A stretch of 59,173 bases of DNA, filler included, from Circinaria calcarea (GCA_051942165.1; 11 parts of 11 records of this genome joined end to end with filler, not necessarily neighbours in it); one strand, 5' to 3'. Positions 10,065 to 23,485 are shown, numbered from the whole stretch's first letter. Made by a program: numbers and translations. Notes: generated by a model not told the origin, from the letters alone.

Positions 10065-10560
10065 TCAAGTATACTGCCATGCCACCACGCCAGCCTCGAA
10101 TGTGACCGGGTCAAACCCAACACAAGCACTTGCATTTCCTCCCGGCACATCCGCACCCCTCAACCCCGCAATCTTTGCAAATACCTGATGGACATCCGTC
10201 CCGACGTTGCCCGTCACACCGGTCGAACAGGTCACCAACTTTCCATTCGCTCCTAACCCAAAGAAGCCAAATACATTATCCGCAGTGCGCTTGAATTCCC
10301 TCCTAGACAGCGCCGTCTGGAACCGCGGCTGAATGTACGTACCTAAGTAAACCCCAGCGCCCCATTCGACCGCCCATTACACCTGCTGACCTCCCCGGAA
10401 CCACGACGTCGAGGGATGCGAAGCCGTCGTGGACGAACTACGGAAGTGCCCGGTGACCGTGGGGGACATTGGTCGGCCGGTAGGGGACAAAAGGTTGCAG
10501 GGCTCTCGGCCAATGTAGAAAGCTCAATCAGCTAGCGGCATTGACGAATCCGGTGCTGGA
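10065..10560 (-). pseudogene. Degenerate secreted 'IgE-binding protein' / PhiA-like cell-wall protein
   Basis: Fragments in shifting frames: VNAA..FYIG..PATFCP...DVVVPG/GQQV*..NGALGFT*...ACVGF...AWQYT*. Several stops and 1-nt indels. Confidence 0.6.
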
Positions 10561-10695
10561 TACTTCCGCCGTTGCCGTCCTGTTTGAGGACCTAGATGTT
10601 GAAAGGGGTGGTGGGATCGGGGGCTTGTAGGCGCCGTGGCGGTGGCGCTGGAGGTGGAGGTGGAGGTGGAGCTGGCCTCGAGGGCGGGGGAAGGA

Positions 10696-10795
10696 NNNNN
10701 NNNNNNNNNNNNNNNNNNNNNNNNNNNNNNNNNNNNNNNTTAATTAATTAANNNNNNNNNNNNNNNNNNNNNNNNNNNNNNNNNNNNNNNNNNNN
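10696..10795. other. Artificial contig spacer 2
   Basis: N44-TTAATTAATTAA-N44. Confidence 0.99.
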
Positions 10796-10831
10796 CCCCC
10801 ACACCCCAAGTCCCAAGTCTGTCGCACAACC

Positions 10832-11767
10832 CTCTACCACCTTCAAACCCTTTTAGCTCTTTACCCGCAGCGACCTCAAAACAATCGTATACCCCGGAAA
10901 CCGCCTTCGGGATTCTCTCCGCCATCGCCGGCCCCAGCCTCACCGCCAACTCCCTCCCAAGGTGTCTCCCCATCCTGCTGCGTAACCCCCCAAGGTTCTC
11001 CTCTGAAACTGGGCTCAACCTCCTCATTTTCGACATCGCCCAAGCAACGCCTCCCCGGCCTCCGTGGTCGAAAGACCGCCTCAACAAACCCTGGCGTGCC
11101 ATCCCTTCGGGCTGTATCTCCGAGCCCCAGGCGAAACGCGTACTGTTCCGGGTCCTGCCGCTCGTGTTGACGGCTACGCTGTTCTTGGGGAGTTCGGAGG
11201 AGGCGGTGCTGATTGATGATGGTGCTGGATTGGATGTACAACAATCTCGGGGGCGCGGATGAGCACTACGTGGTGAAGAACATCATGAACGCGATCGAGT
11301 TCGCGTACTATAGTTCAGGTTCCCTGCGCATCGCGAGTGGATACCCAGAAATCAAACTGAACGGGTTGGCATATAGCTGGCTGGCGATGGTGTTCTTGAT
11401 TGTGGCGTCGACCTTGCAGATCCAGGATCTCCCTGACCAGGTAGGTGACCGAGCGAGGCATCAGAACACCGCTCCGCTGGTACTGGGCCATGCGTGGGCT
11501 CGATGGACGGTTGCGGTTGCTGCGCTTGCCTGGTCGTTTCTCTGCCCTTTGTTCTGGAGTATTAATATCTATGCATATATTCTGCCTGTCGTGGTCGGGG
11601 GGTATCTTGCCGGGAGGGTTTTATACCCACGAAGCGTGGCGGTGGATGAGACATCATGGAAAACATGGTGTGTGTGGACGGGAACACTTTACCTTCTGCC
11701 GTTGGCGAAGGAGTATGGCGTCTTCTTTCGGCCTGAGAATATGGCTCAACACAGAGTAGAAAGTTGA
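10832..11767 (+). pseudogene. UbiA-family membrane prenyltransferase / UbiA-type terpene cyclase-like gene, 5' half disrupted
   Basis: Motifs LFTRSDLKTIV, FDIA.QRLP..E/DRLNKPWRAIPSG, WMYNNLGGADEH and QIQDLPDQVGDRAR. The 5' half has at least five single-base insertions and TAG/TGA at expected Trp positions; the 3' about 184 codons are open. Confidence 0.8.
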
Positions 11768-11869
11768 TCTCGTAGCGATACATTTTAGAGGATTTTCGTG
11801 CGTACCTTTGGTACGAGTATATTGTGTTTAGAAGGATCAATTTAAGGCCTTAAATAAAAGATCCAAGTT

Positions 11870-13049
11870 CTACCTTCTGAATCCAGACTTCTCTAGAAAT
11901 CTTGCCGCCAGCTTTGCACATTTAGAAGCCTCCGCATCAAACCCACTTCGTCCTCCAAGCAAGAAGATATCGTGGTTTGCATATGGTTCAACGTGAATTT
12001 CTGCCACATTCCCCTTCACTGATCCCATGCTCTGCGCAAAGATGGCGCTTTGACTGTGCAATACCTCAACCCCTCCAACTTGAATCCATATGGGTGTCCT
12101 CGAAGAGAACGGATGGTCCATGGGCGAGATGTAGGGATCCGAGATCTTCATCGATTTTGGTAGATAGGCTTGGATCCCCCAGTTGATAAAAGCATTGCTT
12201 AGGTAATCAGTCTTGCTGAATGGGTGGCGATCAATATCTTGCGCTCTTAGGCTCGTGTCCAGGTTAAGCCAGGGGCTCCAAAGCAAAGCAGCTCCCGGAG
12301 AAGGCAAGTACTGCTCAGGCTGCGAAATGTACCTTAGCAGCGCGACTACAATGTTCGCCCCTGCGGAGTCACCCGAGATAGCGATCCGGGAGGAAGGAAG
12401 TCCGCAACGGAGTACATATCCATATGCCGTGATAGCGTCTTGCAGCGCGGCGGGGAATTGACCACCTGGATTGGAACTGAGACGGTAGTCGACGGCAAGA
12501 ACTTTTGCGGCGGTATTAGAAGTGAGCAGGCTGGCACCGTAAGCGCAGCTCGCGTCTCGCCCTTCACAGATAACAAACTAAGAGGCATCTGACTAAGTCA
12601 AGATTCCAACGAAGGTGGGGACATGTGCTTACAGCTCCACCATGGAAATGCAGTACCACCGGGACCTGTGCATCTACATCTTCTCGTGTCAAAGGCGAGG
12701 GATACCATGTTGCTCCCACCGTCTCCGGCTTAATTGCGCTGTTCACTGCGACCCCTTGGTAAATAGGGTCTATGGCGGGTTGAATGGCGACGAATCGGTC
12801 CTTCTCCGCCCCTGGCTCCAACGTCCGGGGAGTTTTGACGCGCAGCAGAGAAGAGTAGTAAAAAAAGGATCTGAACAACTCGTTCATCAAAGCCTGTCGG
12901 AAAGTCCATGCTGGGTGCTGGCGGAGTTTTCGAGGCACCGAGCGAATTAGCCAGAAGGGCAAGTGGACGAGAGTAGCTACTACGGCATATGTAGCATAGA
13001 GAGATTTCATCGGCTGTCGGGAGCGTAGAGGGGGGGAAGCTGAAGCCAT
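11870..13049 (-). CDS. Alpha/beta hydrolase-3 (HSL-like esterase/lipase), 2 exons (intron 12632-12578), about 374 aa
   Basis: HFHGGA oxyanion motif, DYRLS, GDSAGAN nucleophile elbow, and a C-terminal H (ANHDIF). The spliced frame is open. Confidence 0.9.
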
Positions 13050-13625
13050 TGATGGCGCGAGTGACAGATGGAGGGACGGATGGGGGATAGGAAAGCAGTG
13101 AAGGTCTTCGACTTACTCGGGGGGAGCGAGCTTGTACCCTGTTTTCTGGAACTCTATTCAGCCGCACTCAGCCGGGGAAGGGTGAAGTAGGAAGGGCCAT
13201 GCGTTCAAGAGCTCTCCGAGTCACCTATATGGTAATAGATACTTGGTATACTATGTATGCAATCATAATGTACGTACTCGATGCGTGCCTTAGTCCCGTC
13301 CATAGCCACCCGGCCGCTAACTGCTTCCCGGCCACACCACACCGTCTCTAGCCCTGCCTGTTGCCGCGCCGTCGCCCGTTGACAATCCATTTGGGCAACA
13401 ACAACACCGAACACAAACACACCACTAATGCGCGTCAAAGGCAGCATTAGGACGCTATGGTTTCATTGTATTCTACCTCAGCTATTGCATTGCTCGTCAT
13501 TCCCACGCTGCTTCGTACCTATGGACTTTTCCATGGACCAGTATCCTCTGGCGTTTGTGTTCGCAGCATTTATTCTTTTGCTTCTTCGGATTGATTTCTT
13601 GCCCTGATCAGTTACTCCTACTCAA

Positions 13626-14883
13626 ATGCCGCTTCCACCCAGCAAAATTGCCCGTCAGCAAGCAAACGTTCAGGATGACAAAAGAGGTGACATTATCGCA
13701 GCATCTGCCATCTGTTTGACCTTTGCCACTGGAGCTGTGATTCTACGTTTCGTTGCCCAGCACATCTCACGCTCATCCATTCGGAGTGATGATTTTATGA
13801 TCGTTGCCGGACTGGTATGAGCAAAACTCTCCATCCTCCATCCTCCGACCAGACTTCGTGGCCTACAGTTTAGGCTGATGAGTAAGAACAGGTCTTCACC
13901 GCTGCTTTTGTAGCCGGCGTTGACATTGGTGTTCATTTTGGAACAGGCCGACATGCCATTTTGATCTCGAAGGAGCGTGATAGCCTGTTGTCGACGCCGA
14001 AAGCTTCCCGGCTAACATGATGCCTTGAGAATAACATTGCCAACGAAGTCCTCTATAACCCAGCAATCTACGGCATCAAATTCAGCATTCTTCTTTTGTA
14101 TCGTCGCCTCTTCCCCGGAAGGAAATACAATCATGTTTTGATCACTGTGGGGGGTTTTTTGTACTGTGCTATCCGATCACGGCTATCTTCGTAAATATCT
14201 GTCAATGTGTCCCCGTCGGGGCGAATTGGGACCCGACTGTGACACCTCATTGCGTCAATCTAGCCGCCGAATTAATTGCAATTGGTTTGATCAATGTCGT
14301 TACAGATATCATCTTCTCTTCTTACCGATACCGTTTATATGGCGGCTACAAATTGCGAAAAGCAAGAAGATTCAACTGACCCTATTGTTCTTAACAGGGA
14401 GTTTGTGAGTAAACCCATGTACGACCCTTTAAGCAGAACAAATATCACTGACTAGTGATGCCTTAATATAGTATCTGTATAACGAGTATAGTCCGCGCAG
14501 CGTATCTGCCCCAGATTTCTCTCCTTGACAGTAGCTGTAAGTGACTTTAGTTAAACCCTTTATACTTTTCCAATAATGATCAATCATCACGAAGCTTACT
14601 TTTTGTTTAGGGGGTAATGTTGACGGAGCTATATGATCCATCGTCGAACTCTGCTCTGCAATCGTTTGCGCCTGCTTACCAACCATCAAAACCCGTCTTC
14701 GACGTTTTCTTCCACGGCGCCCCCCAATCCACTCAACCGGCAAACCACGCCAAACCTGGAAGTGGGACGACAGGAGACGAAATGAAAAACAAGTTGTGGC
14801 AGAAGGGGAAGTCAGATAGGGAAAGCAATGACAGTAGGAGTTTTGCAGCTCTAGATGACATGGAAATGGGGAGGCTTCGGTGA
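13626..14883 (+). pseudogene. PTH11-like (fungal rhodopsin-domain) integral membrane protein, disrupted
   Basis: Motifs VILRF..DDFMI, IKFSILLLYRRLF, QCVP..NWD, NVVTD..LP.P.IW.LQ and *SIVE..AIVCACLPT. Frameshifts near 14155 and 14313, and TGA at 14634-14636 in place of the conserved Trp. Confidence 0.8.
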
Positions 14884-16091
14884 CCCAGTAGCTTGTCTCA
14901 GCCATGCCTGACTTCTCTATCTGAGTTATTCCCCTCTTTGCGATGCACCTTCTGTTCGCCGCTGGCCTCGCCACTCGCCAACTCAGCCTATTCCAATTCG
15001 CCGCCGTCCAGCTCTAGCAGTTGGTTACAGGACCAGGCGCAGGCCTTGGAGCTGCGCTTCCCGCGTCTCGTGACATACAAGCATTATCGATCCCCCTAAA
15101 TTCAACATAAGAAACGACGAGTAGACTCCGTTTCAAAGCGCGAAAGCAGGCATGGGGACACAACCGGTCAGGGTCTCCTAGATTTGGAATAAAGGTTGCT
15201 ACACCTTTCAAGCCTAGGGTTAGACTGGGGTGGCTAGTAAGTAGGTTACGGTAGTCAGTTTACTATAAAGTTATTTCGTTTGGAAGAATCAAGTATTTAT
15301 TCCATGTACCTTCACTATTCCGTTTGTAGATCAATGAGGGATCGAGCGAAATAATAAGGACGAACTCGACCTCGTACCCTTGCCGGTTTGTCTCACTCCA
15401 AAAACGCACCGACTCACTCAGTCCTAATTCTGCTGTCGAATATCCAGAATTCAGGAACCAGAAAAAATAAAAATAAAATATAAAATACAAAGGCCCTCAG
15501 GAAGCTGTAGCTGTAGCTCTAGCTCTAGCTTAGGCAAGTTGAGCGGACGGCAAAGCGCTGCACATGTATCCAAACTGGGTTCGAAATTGGACATCTTCTC
15601 CAACTGCCAGAAAAACGACAGGAGAAACCAGACCCGCCTACACTAAAGGAAGGGGGAAAAAGAAAAAGAATACACACAAACCCAAGTTTTTCCGATAGTT
15701 ACGTCCATTGTGAGTTTAGGCTTTCCCGTCTCTCCCAGGCGAGAGCACGAAACAGGAGGAACTTTTACGTGCGTAGATAAATAGGAAGAGAACCGGAGTG
15801 ATTCCTTATTGATTTATTTTTAGGGTTAGTTTGTCTTTGATTATAGATGTAGTTGTAATCCCCGGTTTCGAAATAAATGACAAAAATCCGGAAAAGGAAG
15901 GGCAGGCGAATAGTGCAAAACAAACAGCATTGTGGATAGAGAAGACGGCAAGAAAGCTATTTTTTCCCTGCCACCAACCATGTCAAAATCAAGCCAAACG
16001 GCTGTCCGGGCCCCGACACGAACGAGTCCCATCTCGGTATACTGTGATAAATGACGGTTTATGCTAGTAAGAATCTAATAACGGAATGAGA

Positions 16092-16191
16092 NNNNNNNNN
16101 NNNNNNNNNNNNNNNNNNNNNNNNNNNNNNNNNNNTTAATTAATTAANNNNNNNNNNNNNNNNNNNNNNNNNNNNNNNNNNNNNNNNNNNN
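16092..16191. other. Artificial contig spacer 3
   Basis: N44-TTAATTAATTAA-N44. Confidence 0.99.
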
Positions 16192-16192
16192 C

Positions 16193-16510
16193 TTTACTAA
16201 AGCAACCTTTCTCAAGGGTAAGTCCAGAACCAAGGCCAAATCAGATAGAACCGTCCAAGATTATCTCGCGGATCTCGATGCGGCCGGAATGACTGGCAAA
16301 TGGAGCCCCGAGAAAACCTGGCATCGCATCCATGGCGACGGCAAATCGACCACGGCTGGCAAATAGCACATGGAGACGATGCTTGATAGTGCCGGGAAAT
16401 ACAAGGTCAAACTCGTCGAAGGCAAAACTATCTATATTTCGAAAGTTTACGACATTGAACCCTCTTTCGAAGCCGTTGTAAGCGACATGAAGGAACACTA
16501 TGGGGTTTGA
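16193..16510 (+). pseudogene. Small (about 105 aa) fungal hypothetical protein with an internal stop, 5'-truncated
   Basis: The frame FTKATFLKGK...TVQDYLADL...GKWSPEKTWHRIHGDGKSTTAGK*HMET...EPSFEAVV..* stays protein-like on both sides of TAG 16364-16366. Confidence 0.5.
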
Positions 16511-17141
16511 TGGGCCGCTGTAAACTTTGTTTCTTCAAACTCTGCTTTCTTTACAAACTGTGGATCTACAGAACCAGTGTTTAGCAGGGCTTGTTAGATT
16601 TAGGTAGTCAGTGCTTGAGACGTCATGCTTTGGACAATTGTCAACTTACACCTCCCAATTCCCCAAATGCTCCACGCCGAAGTTGATACCGGGAAAAATG
16701 TTATCGCCTAAATTTCTCTACACATAACACTATTATGCGTTCTTGTTTAACATTTCCGAGAATATCAGCATAACCGTTCAGGGTGACCTACTATCCATTT
16801 CTAACTTAAGATGATCTGCCCAAGGCCCTCGTCCTAATCCTGGTAGGGAAAGAGCCTCCGCTACGCCGCTGCTATGCCAGCAATGAATTCGGCCGAATAC
16901 CTTTTAAGTGGAGTCAATTGAGAATTGAATTCGGTAATCATCTCAAGGATTATGCAAAATAGCAGAGGTTCAAATAATCCAAAACGCTGCGCAAACCATG
17001 AGTAGACACATGTCTCCCATATAGCAAGTCAAGCCCATAGCTACTTATAAGCTTGCTGTCATAAATAGAGATACAGAACCTTTCCTACTTCCTTTTTCTC
17101 CCTCGATAAGAGTAAGTGACGTTAGCCTCCCGTGATGTGAA

Positions 17142-18522
17142 TCACATATACTGCACCGACATTCTTGTCGTATGACTGTTGACCATTTTTTCCTTCGAAC
17201 TATTTTGATCCAGCCTTTCACTACCTTCTCTCTCCCAACCCCTCTCCTGGGCCTCGCTACCCACCGTCGCTGTCGCCAAATAATTATCTTCTCGAACTCT
17301 GAACTGCTTAGTGGAGCCCGCGATTGTTTTATCTGCCAAGCGGCCCATTTTCCCTAGGTACCCCATCGCATGATGATGCGACATCCGTCTCGGACCCAGG
17401 ATGCGGAGATCAGAGGCCAGGAGGCCGGTTTGCAGGCTGTCGATGACTGTTTTGAGGAAGGGAAGACAGGTGATTACGACGGAGAGGTTGATATGGATAG
17501 AGGTGATGACGGTCGTGGAGAAGTCATCGTACGGGTGGTCGGTGGAGGAGGAGAGGGAAAGAAAGATGAGGCGGACGATGATGAGGGGGATGATTCTGGT
17601 GAGTGCGGGAGAGGGAGTCAGTGTGATTTTGGAGAATGATAATCTGGATCTAATTGGGAAGGGAAATGGGGCGGAGGATCGTACAGAGCTCGCAAAGCGA
17701 ATGCAACCATTGCAGGAAGCTTTTGTGCCCATGCTATACGCAGATCGTGGAGTAGGAAGAAGGGGAGGACGACTGTAGCAAGATCGATTATGATGTCCAT
17801 TGCGCCAAAGGCATCCCAAAAGACTTTCTATTTCATTAGTCAGCACGAATTCGCTCGTCTGTGGTTGTAGCTACTAGCCTGATCAAAGCACCGATCCGAA
17901 AGAGTCAACCAGGGCTGTGGTAAAGGGCATTGGAAGGCAAGGGCAATAACCGTGACAATGAGAGAGAGCATGTTGAATATCATAATGATCTTCACAACTA
18001 AGCGCCTGTTGTTCTTCCGGGCGAGCGAGAAGAGGAAATGCAGGATGGCCATTTTGGCGAGGCAGATAGAGAGGACGTAGAGGTAGTGGGAGGAGTAGGC
18101 TGCCTATATTGGTTGGGGAGGATAGTTTAGTGAGGGAGTTAAAGAGAAAGTAAGATACGTATTTCATATATTTGACTAACCTGCTGAAAGCGCACGATTT
18201 GATGGGAGGTCAGAGTTGACCTCTGCCGGCCTAACCCAGCAGCTATCTGAATGGATATGGTGAGGACCCAGCCGGCGGCAGTAATCTATATCCAGAGATA
18301 TAAGCTGACTTCTGGAAGGAGGATAACGCGGTTAGACAGGCACAGACATACCATTGCAGCAGCCAGATAATAATCATCAGCTTGCAGTGTCCGCATGATG
18401 CTCCATTTGCTGTATACTTTTACCAAAGTTGCTAAACACATGGTGACCATCAGGATCCATGAAAGGATATTGATGATTGGGCCACGGTTTTGGGGCGTGA
18501 TGGTTATCCCGTTAGAAGGCAT
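17142..18522 (-). CDS. PTH11-like integral membrane protein (5 exons)
   Basis: Motifs NRGPIINI..DDYYL, GLGR, AKMAILHFL, AFQCPLPQPW and INLSVVITCLPFLK. The spliced model is open if intron 17878-17828 uses a GC donor. Confidence 0.8.
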
Positions 18523-21025
18523 TTTATGCAGAATTGAAGATTGGAACCTGACAGACTCGCGGCCGTGTGTTAAGGTGAGGCTTGGGAGATAGTTTTACGG
18601 AGGTAAAGGAAAAGCTGAGGAGAGAGCAAAAGTAGAGATACGGAGTCAACATGGGATATCTCTTTGAATTTCGAGGCAAGGCTGCTGCGTCCGAGTCAAG
18701 AGACACCCTGTGCCACGCTGGGTCGCCAACCCAGGCCCTACAGCCATGATTATAAGGGGTGTGAAAGCGGTGCAGCCCCAGGTACTTGCACCTAAGGCAG
18801 AAGGGATGATACGGTTAGATTGATGGTATGACCATGATTGGTCAGGCAAAGGATGACAGAGACGAAGCGGACCACGCAACGTCACTGCTCGTACACTCAG
18901 CATTCATGAGATCAAGCCTTGTATCAGCCAGCGGGATGCAGTAGGAAGGCTACAGGCAGAGTTGAAGAGAGAGCTAGAGAGCTGAAATGCAAATATCGAC
19001 ACATGCGATGGAAAGAGGTTGGAAACTACGGCAGGTCGGGGGGGTCAATATGTGCATCGGCGGCACATATGGCTTGCTGAGAGGTGACCACGGTGACTTG
19101 CATCCACGGCCAAAGCTCACGCTAGTGCGGCCCCGAGGTCCGGCCCGAAGCGCGGATCTTTGATTAAACAACAAGGAACAAGTACCTCCCTCATTAGTGA
19201 CACCTTATCTGCTCCCATAGCAGATGGACGCGTTCTCATAGGAAGGCTGCAACCAGTATGTACCTCCGTGTCACCTTCATTCTCACCTCCCAATATCGCT
19301 GCTGCCATTGGAAAATCGGACTGGTGGGTTACATCACGGGCACCATCCCCTTCTTCAAGCCTCCTTCACATAATGCGAGAGTTGCCGCCATGAGAAATGG
19401 ACTGTTCAGATACAGCACATATTGCATATGCAGGTCACTACTTGGTATCGTGCCGAGTGTAAGTGGACCGCAACTATCTCTACTGAAAAAGGGGCTGTTG
19501 TCTTTGGAATCTGTGGAAGCGGTTGTACATAGGTTGGACCTTCCCGTGTCTCGTGCAACTCGACACCGCAATGGATCCACCAGAGGGAGTACGAATTCGC
19601 TTTATATAAATCATGGGTGTCATATGATGCGAGTATTTCCAGTGAGTCGCACGGGGCACACTGATCAGGCGGTTTTTTACGCTGCCTCTCGCCGACCGTA
19701 TCTGAGCTTAAGCTCCCGGCCTCCCACCTCGCCACTGTCTGCACGGTATACCGGTCAACGCGAAATCTCTATGATGGCTACAAGCGCGTAGATATAGCTC
19801 AGGACTATGGGAAATGCTTATCATGCTATGCTAAGCATGCCAAGATCTAATGCAAGAAGCCGCCTTGGACAGGGAGTGATTGATGGCGCCTTGGACGATT
19901 GAACGTGCGCTTCCAACTGCAACGATAAGAATCAAAGTGGTTAAGCTCTACTTGACGCTTCTACTTGACTATCACATCCTTGTCCCAAAAGTCCGGACTG
20001 ACCTGGAGCTCATTGGTTGCATAGGACCTGAATTGGTTACATTCACCACCTGCTGCAGCGTGGCGTACACAACAGAAGAATGCGTGACTTGCATCGGAAG
20101 CGTTTTTGGCGAATGTCCGCGTCCACATTTCAACGGCAATCCACAAGTCCAGATTTTACGCAAAATGCGTGAGGGAAAGGTACGAGCCAGTAACCGGCCA
20201 GTACTACGCGAAGGTGCTTCGTGCTAGGCGACTCTGCATGGCTGAGGGAGCCAATCAGATCTAGAACCCCAACCAGATACCGAGAGCGTAGACATAAACA
20301 TAAGGAGGGTGGGACGGGGTTACATCAGTCTAACTATAGAGTGGATTGACAAACCGCCACTCACGAAATCCTTGATTCAGCTCGCGCAACTTGCATAGCA
20401 TCAACATCAATCCCATGTTGAACGATGCAGACATTGATTCCTCCCACGAATGGCCCCGAGAGGGATTCTCGGCCAATCAGCAGTGGAACGACTTCCAGCC
20501 GTCCTCGGTCTACCCTGTATAAACGAGGAATTTCCACTTCCGCTATACTGTCATCCGTCTCAGATGGCGCCGCTACTGTTTGATTAAGGCATCCCCGAAA
20601 GAGCCCTGAGCTAGATCGACCTTCCGCTCTGAAATCACAAGAGGCGTCACTTCCAATCTTATCCATTGCACTGCTACCCCCACGATATGTGAGAGTTATG
20701 GCTTTGCGCTTAGACGGTATAAAAGCTGTCTCATACTACGAAAGCCTTCAGCTGTGCCTACATAGCTCGAGGCAGAAGTATGCACGAGCATTTCTTCCAC
20801 ATTGTTATGGTCGTGTGGCACCCTAATCCGTGGCTGCCGTTCAGCTTGCAGTCGTGCAACAATCAAAGCACCCTAGTGTCTTTTTTTTCTTCAAATCTCT
20901 TTCTACTCCCCTGTTTCCTGTCTAATTCTCGAATACCTATTCCCCTGGACGTTAACCATGTGTTAACAACCGTCTCCCAGTCTCCCTACGTTTGATAAGT
21001 CTAAAATATCCTTCACAGGTCCATC

Positions 21026-21486
21026 ATGGCGAACATGGAAGATGGGCACCCTATGAAGAGTATTGTGGCTACCACTGTCGCTTCCGCCGATAGTCCCAGC
21101 AAACCATACAATCCGGGTAAATTCACACGAGATGAGGCCGAACTAGCACGCTTTGGAAAGAAGCAGCAGTTGAGGGTCTGTGATCCTTTCTTTATAGATT
21201 TTCATCCCTGGACCATTCATCTAACCATGTATTTCAGCGACGCTTTGGCATGGTATCTGTTGTTGGACTCACTTGCACCTTGATGATCACGTGGGAAGCA
21301 ATCCTAAGGTCAGTACACAGTACATTAGAATGCGAGGTCCACCACGTCCATTAACTTGGCCTGGCAGTTCCTTCCAGACCGGACTTGCCAATGGCGGTCC
21401 TGCAGGACTCATTTACGGGTTTCTCTTCGCCTGGCTAGGGACCGGCCTCCAAGCCTTAGTCATGGGAGAAATGGGTAGTATGATTC
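21026..21486 (+). CDS. Amino-acid permease (GABA/choline, APC family), 5' part only
   Basis: DEAELARFGKKQQL/RRFG.VSVVGLTCTLMITWE/GLANGGPAGLIYGFLFAW..QALVMGEMGSMI, with two introns. Cut by the contig end. Confidence 0.88.
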
Positions 21487-21586
21487 NNNNNNNNNNNNNN
21501 NNNNNNNNNNNNNNNNNNNNNNNNNNNNNNTTAATTAATTAANNNNNNNNNNNNNNNNNNNNNNNNNNNNNNNNNNNNNNNNNNNN
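21487..21586. other. Artificial contig spacer 4
   Basis: N44-TTAATTAATTAA-N44. Confidence 0.99.
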
Positions 21587-22507
21587 CAGTAGTGTCGGAC
21601 TTGTCCAAGGGAAACTCGGTTGTGTTCCCTTCATGTTCATTTCTCCCCTGGATATTCTAGATGGAATGAGGTTGGAACAAGAAACACACGGGGGCTGTCG
21701 CGTTTGTGATACAAAACTTCTACATCCTGAGTAGGGAGAGTTGTATCATACTTGTCGAGGGAATATTTGGTCGCGTTTATTTCATATATCTCTCTTTCCC
21801 CCCGTGGATCGATGAGGTGTGGTTGGAATGAGCGGCAGACGGGATTGACCTTCCTAAAGTGCGCAAGCGCGACTACCTCCCTGTTTTTCTCATGCAAGCA
21901 TGTACCTCTTTTTTCTGGTGAACCACAGCTCGACAGCACCTAAATTGTATCTTAATAACGGCCGATACGATAGGTGTTTAACTTTACAAAATGATTGTCA
22001 CGGAAATCCACTTGTAGGTTCTGCACGTGCGATATGCATGGTAATGTAGTCTTTTAGGATGTCGTAAGGGGTAGCAGGGCGCGCTCTTTGAGGATGGTAA
22101 CCTAGGCGTGCTTCGTGCCTATCTTCCAGCTTCCGATATTTATGGGTGTTTATATTATCGCTAAGGGGTAATTTTCGGTAGCTTCGGGGTGCTCCATACA
22201 CGCACACCGGTCCATTGCTACTTCTTCCACCGTAACTCTAGCCTCTGAAAGCTCACCATCGAGTATCTGCACTTTACGTGCTCCGCACTTTTTACGGATA
22301 TCAGGGGGTTCATGGAAAGATGGCAGGGTAGATGATTACAGACTGGCTTGGCTTCCGGGGCGGGGGAGGTAACGCTGGCTGTTTTACCTTGACTTTACAG
22401 AGGCTTTGCATTACAGCCCCTAGAATGCGTGCCCTACTCGATCTCCCGATTTCCCGATCTAATACCCGGGTGATTCTTTGCAGGTGTCTTGATTGCGTTA
22501 CGAGAAC

Positions 22508-22535
22508 GAGAGATAGAGAGAGAGAGAGAGAGAGA
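22508..22535. repeat. (GA)n microsatellite
   Basis: Read directly from the sequence. Confidence 0.9.
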
Positions 22536-23485
22536 AGACTACGGAGCTAGTTGGATGGAGAAACAGCTGGAGGTACTGTAGGGATCGATAGCTGGGACTT
22601 GGGTACGAGATTCAGGAGTTTTGCATGATGGATCGAGCAATAGGTAAATGTATGGGTCTTGATGCTCTTGAGGCTATTGGGGCAGATGATGCAATCTAGC
22701 AGTCTATATGTAGCTAGCTAGTTACGCCAATGCGGTGTTTCGATTGCCGCGCGACGAGACATTGAACGTCAATGCTTCCTCGAAAGCGTCGGGTAGATCC
22801 GCCCACTTGCTCTGTGCCACAACGCGCTTCCTCCGTCCATGCGCTTCTCCCAGGCGAATTGTATTCTATATTTACCGGCTGAAGGTGTGCAGGTCACCTT
22901 GTCTGTACGATCTCCTAGATGGGGACTACCCAAGCTTTCAGGCGTAACAATTGGACTGGTTTGAGATTATTTTCCCGCTTACTTTCTGCTGCATAAGCCT
23001 TTGCCAAGGCGTGTCAGGAGGAGAAGGAGGACGACACTTCATTCATCTCGTACCTGCTTTAGACATCGTGCTCATCTACCGATGCTGGTGATACTGCGAG
23101 GGGGCCCCCGTTCCTCCAAGAGAACGGCCGAAGCTAACCTTCAACTAGACCAATGAAACTCATCTCTCCAACTGATCATGAACCTGCATCCTGACAACAC
23201 GAGCTATTTTCTAGCTTACAGCTGCTGGAAGACGGTGCAAACCCAGCAGCTATGCTCGCCATTGTCTTGCAAGTCGCTATGCGTACTGAGCCTTATTGTT
23301 CGAGGTTGCGGCGCGAAATTGATCGCATTCCATGTCAACTGAAGCGCGACTCTTTGACATTCCGCACACTATCTCTGCTGCCATCACATCCATGGTGGAC
23401 ATACAGATAAGTACATTATGGCCGCACCGTTGGGGTTCTCGCCCAATTGGTATTCAAAGACCAATTCGTGTTTTCCTTCTCTGCC

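Noticed and set aside
14894..15075. 182-bp segment with TGTC...GACA ends as a solo LTR
   Set aside because: No target-site duplication, TATA box or second copy in the window; too weak to call.
18600..21000. Cluster of short overlapping ORFs
   Set aside because: No recognisable domains; consistent with intergenic DNA between divergent genes.
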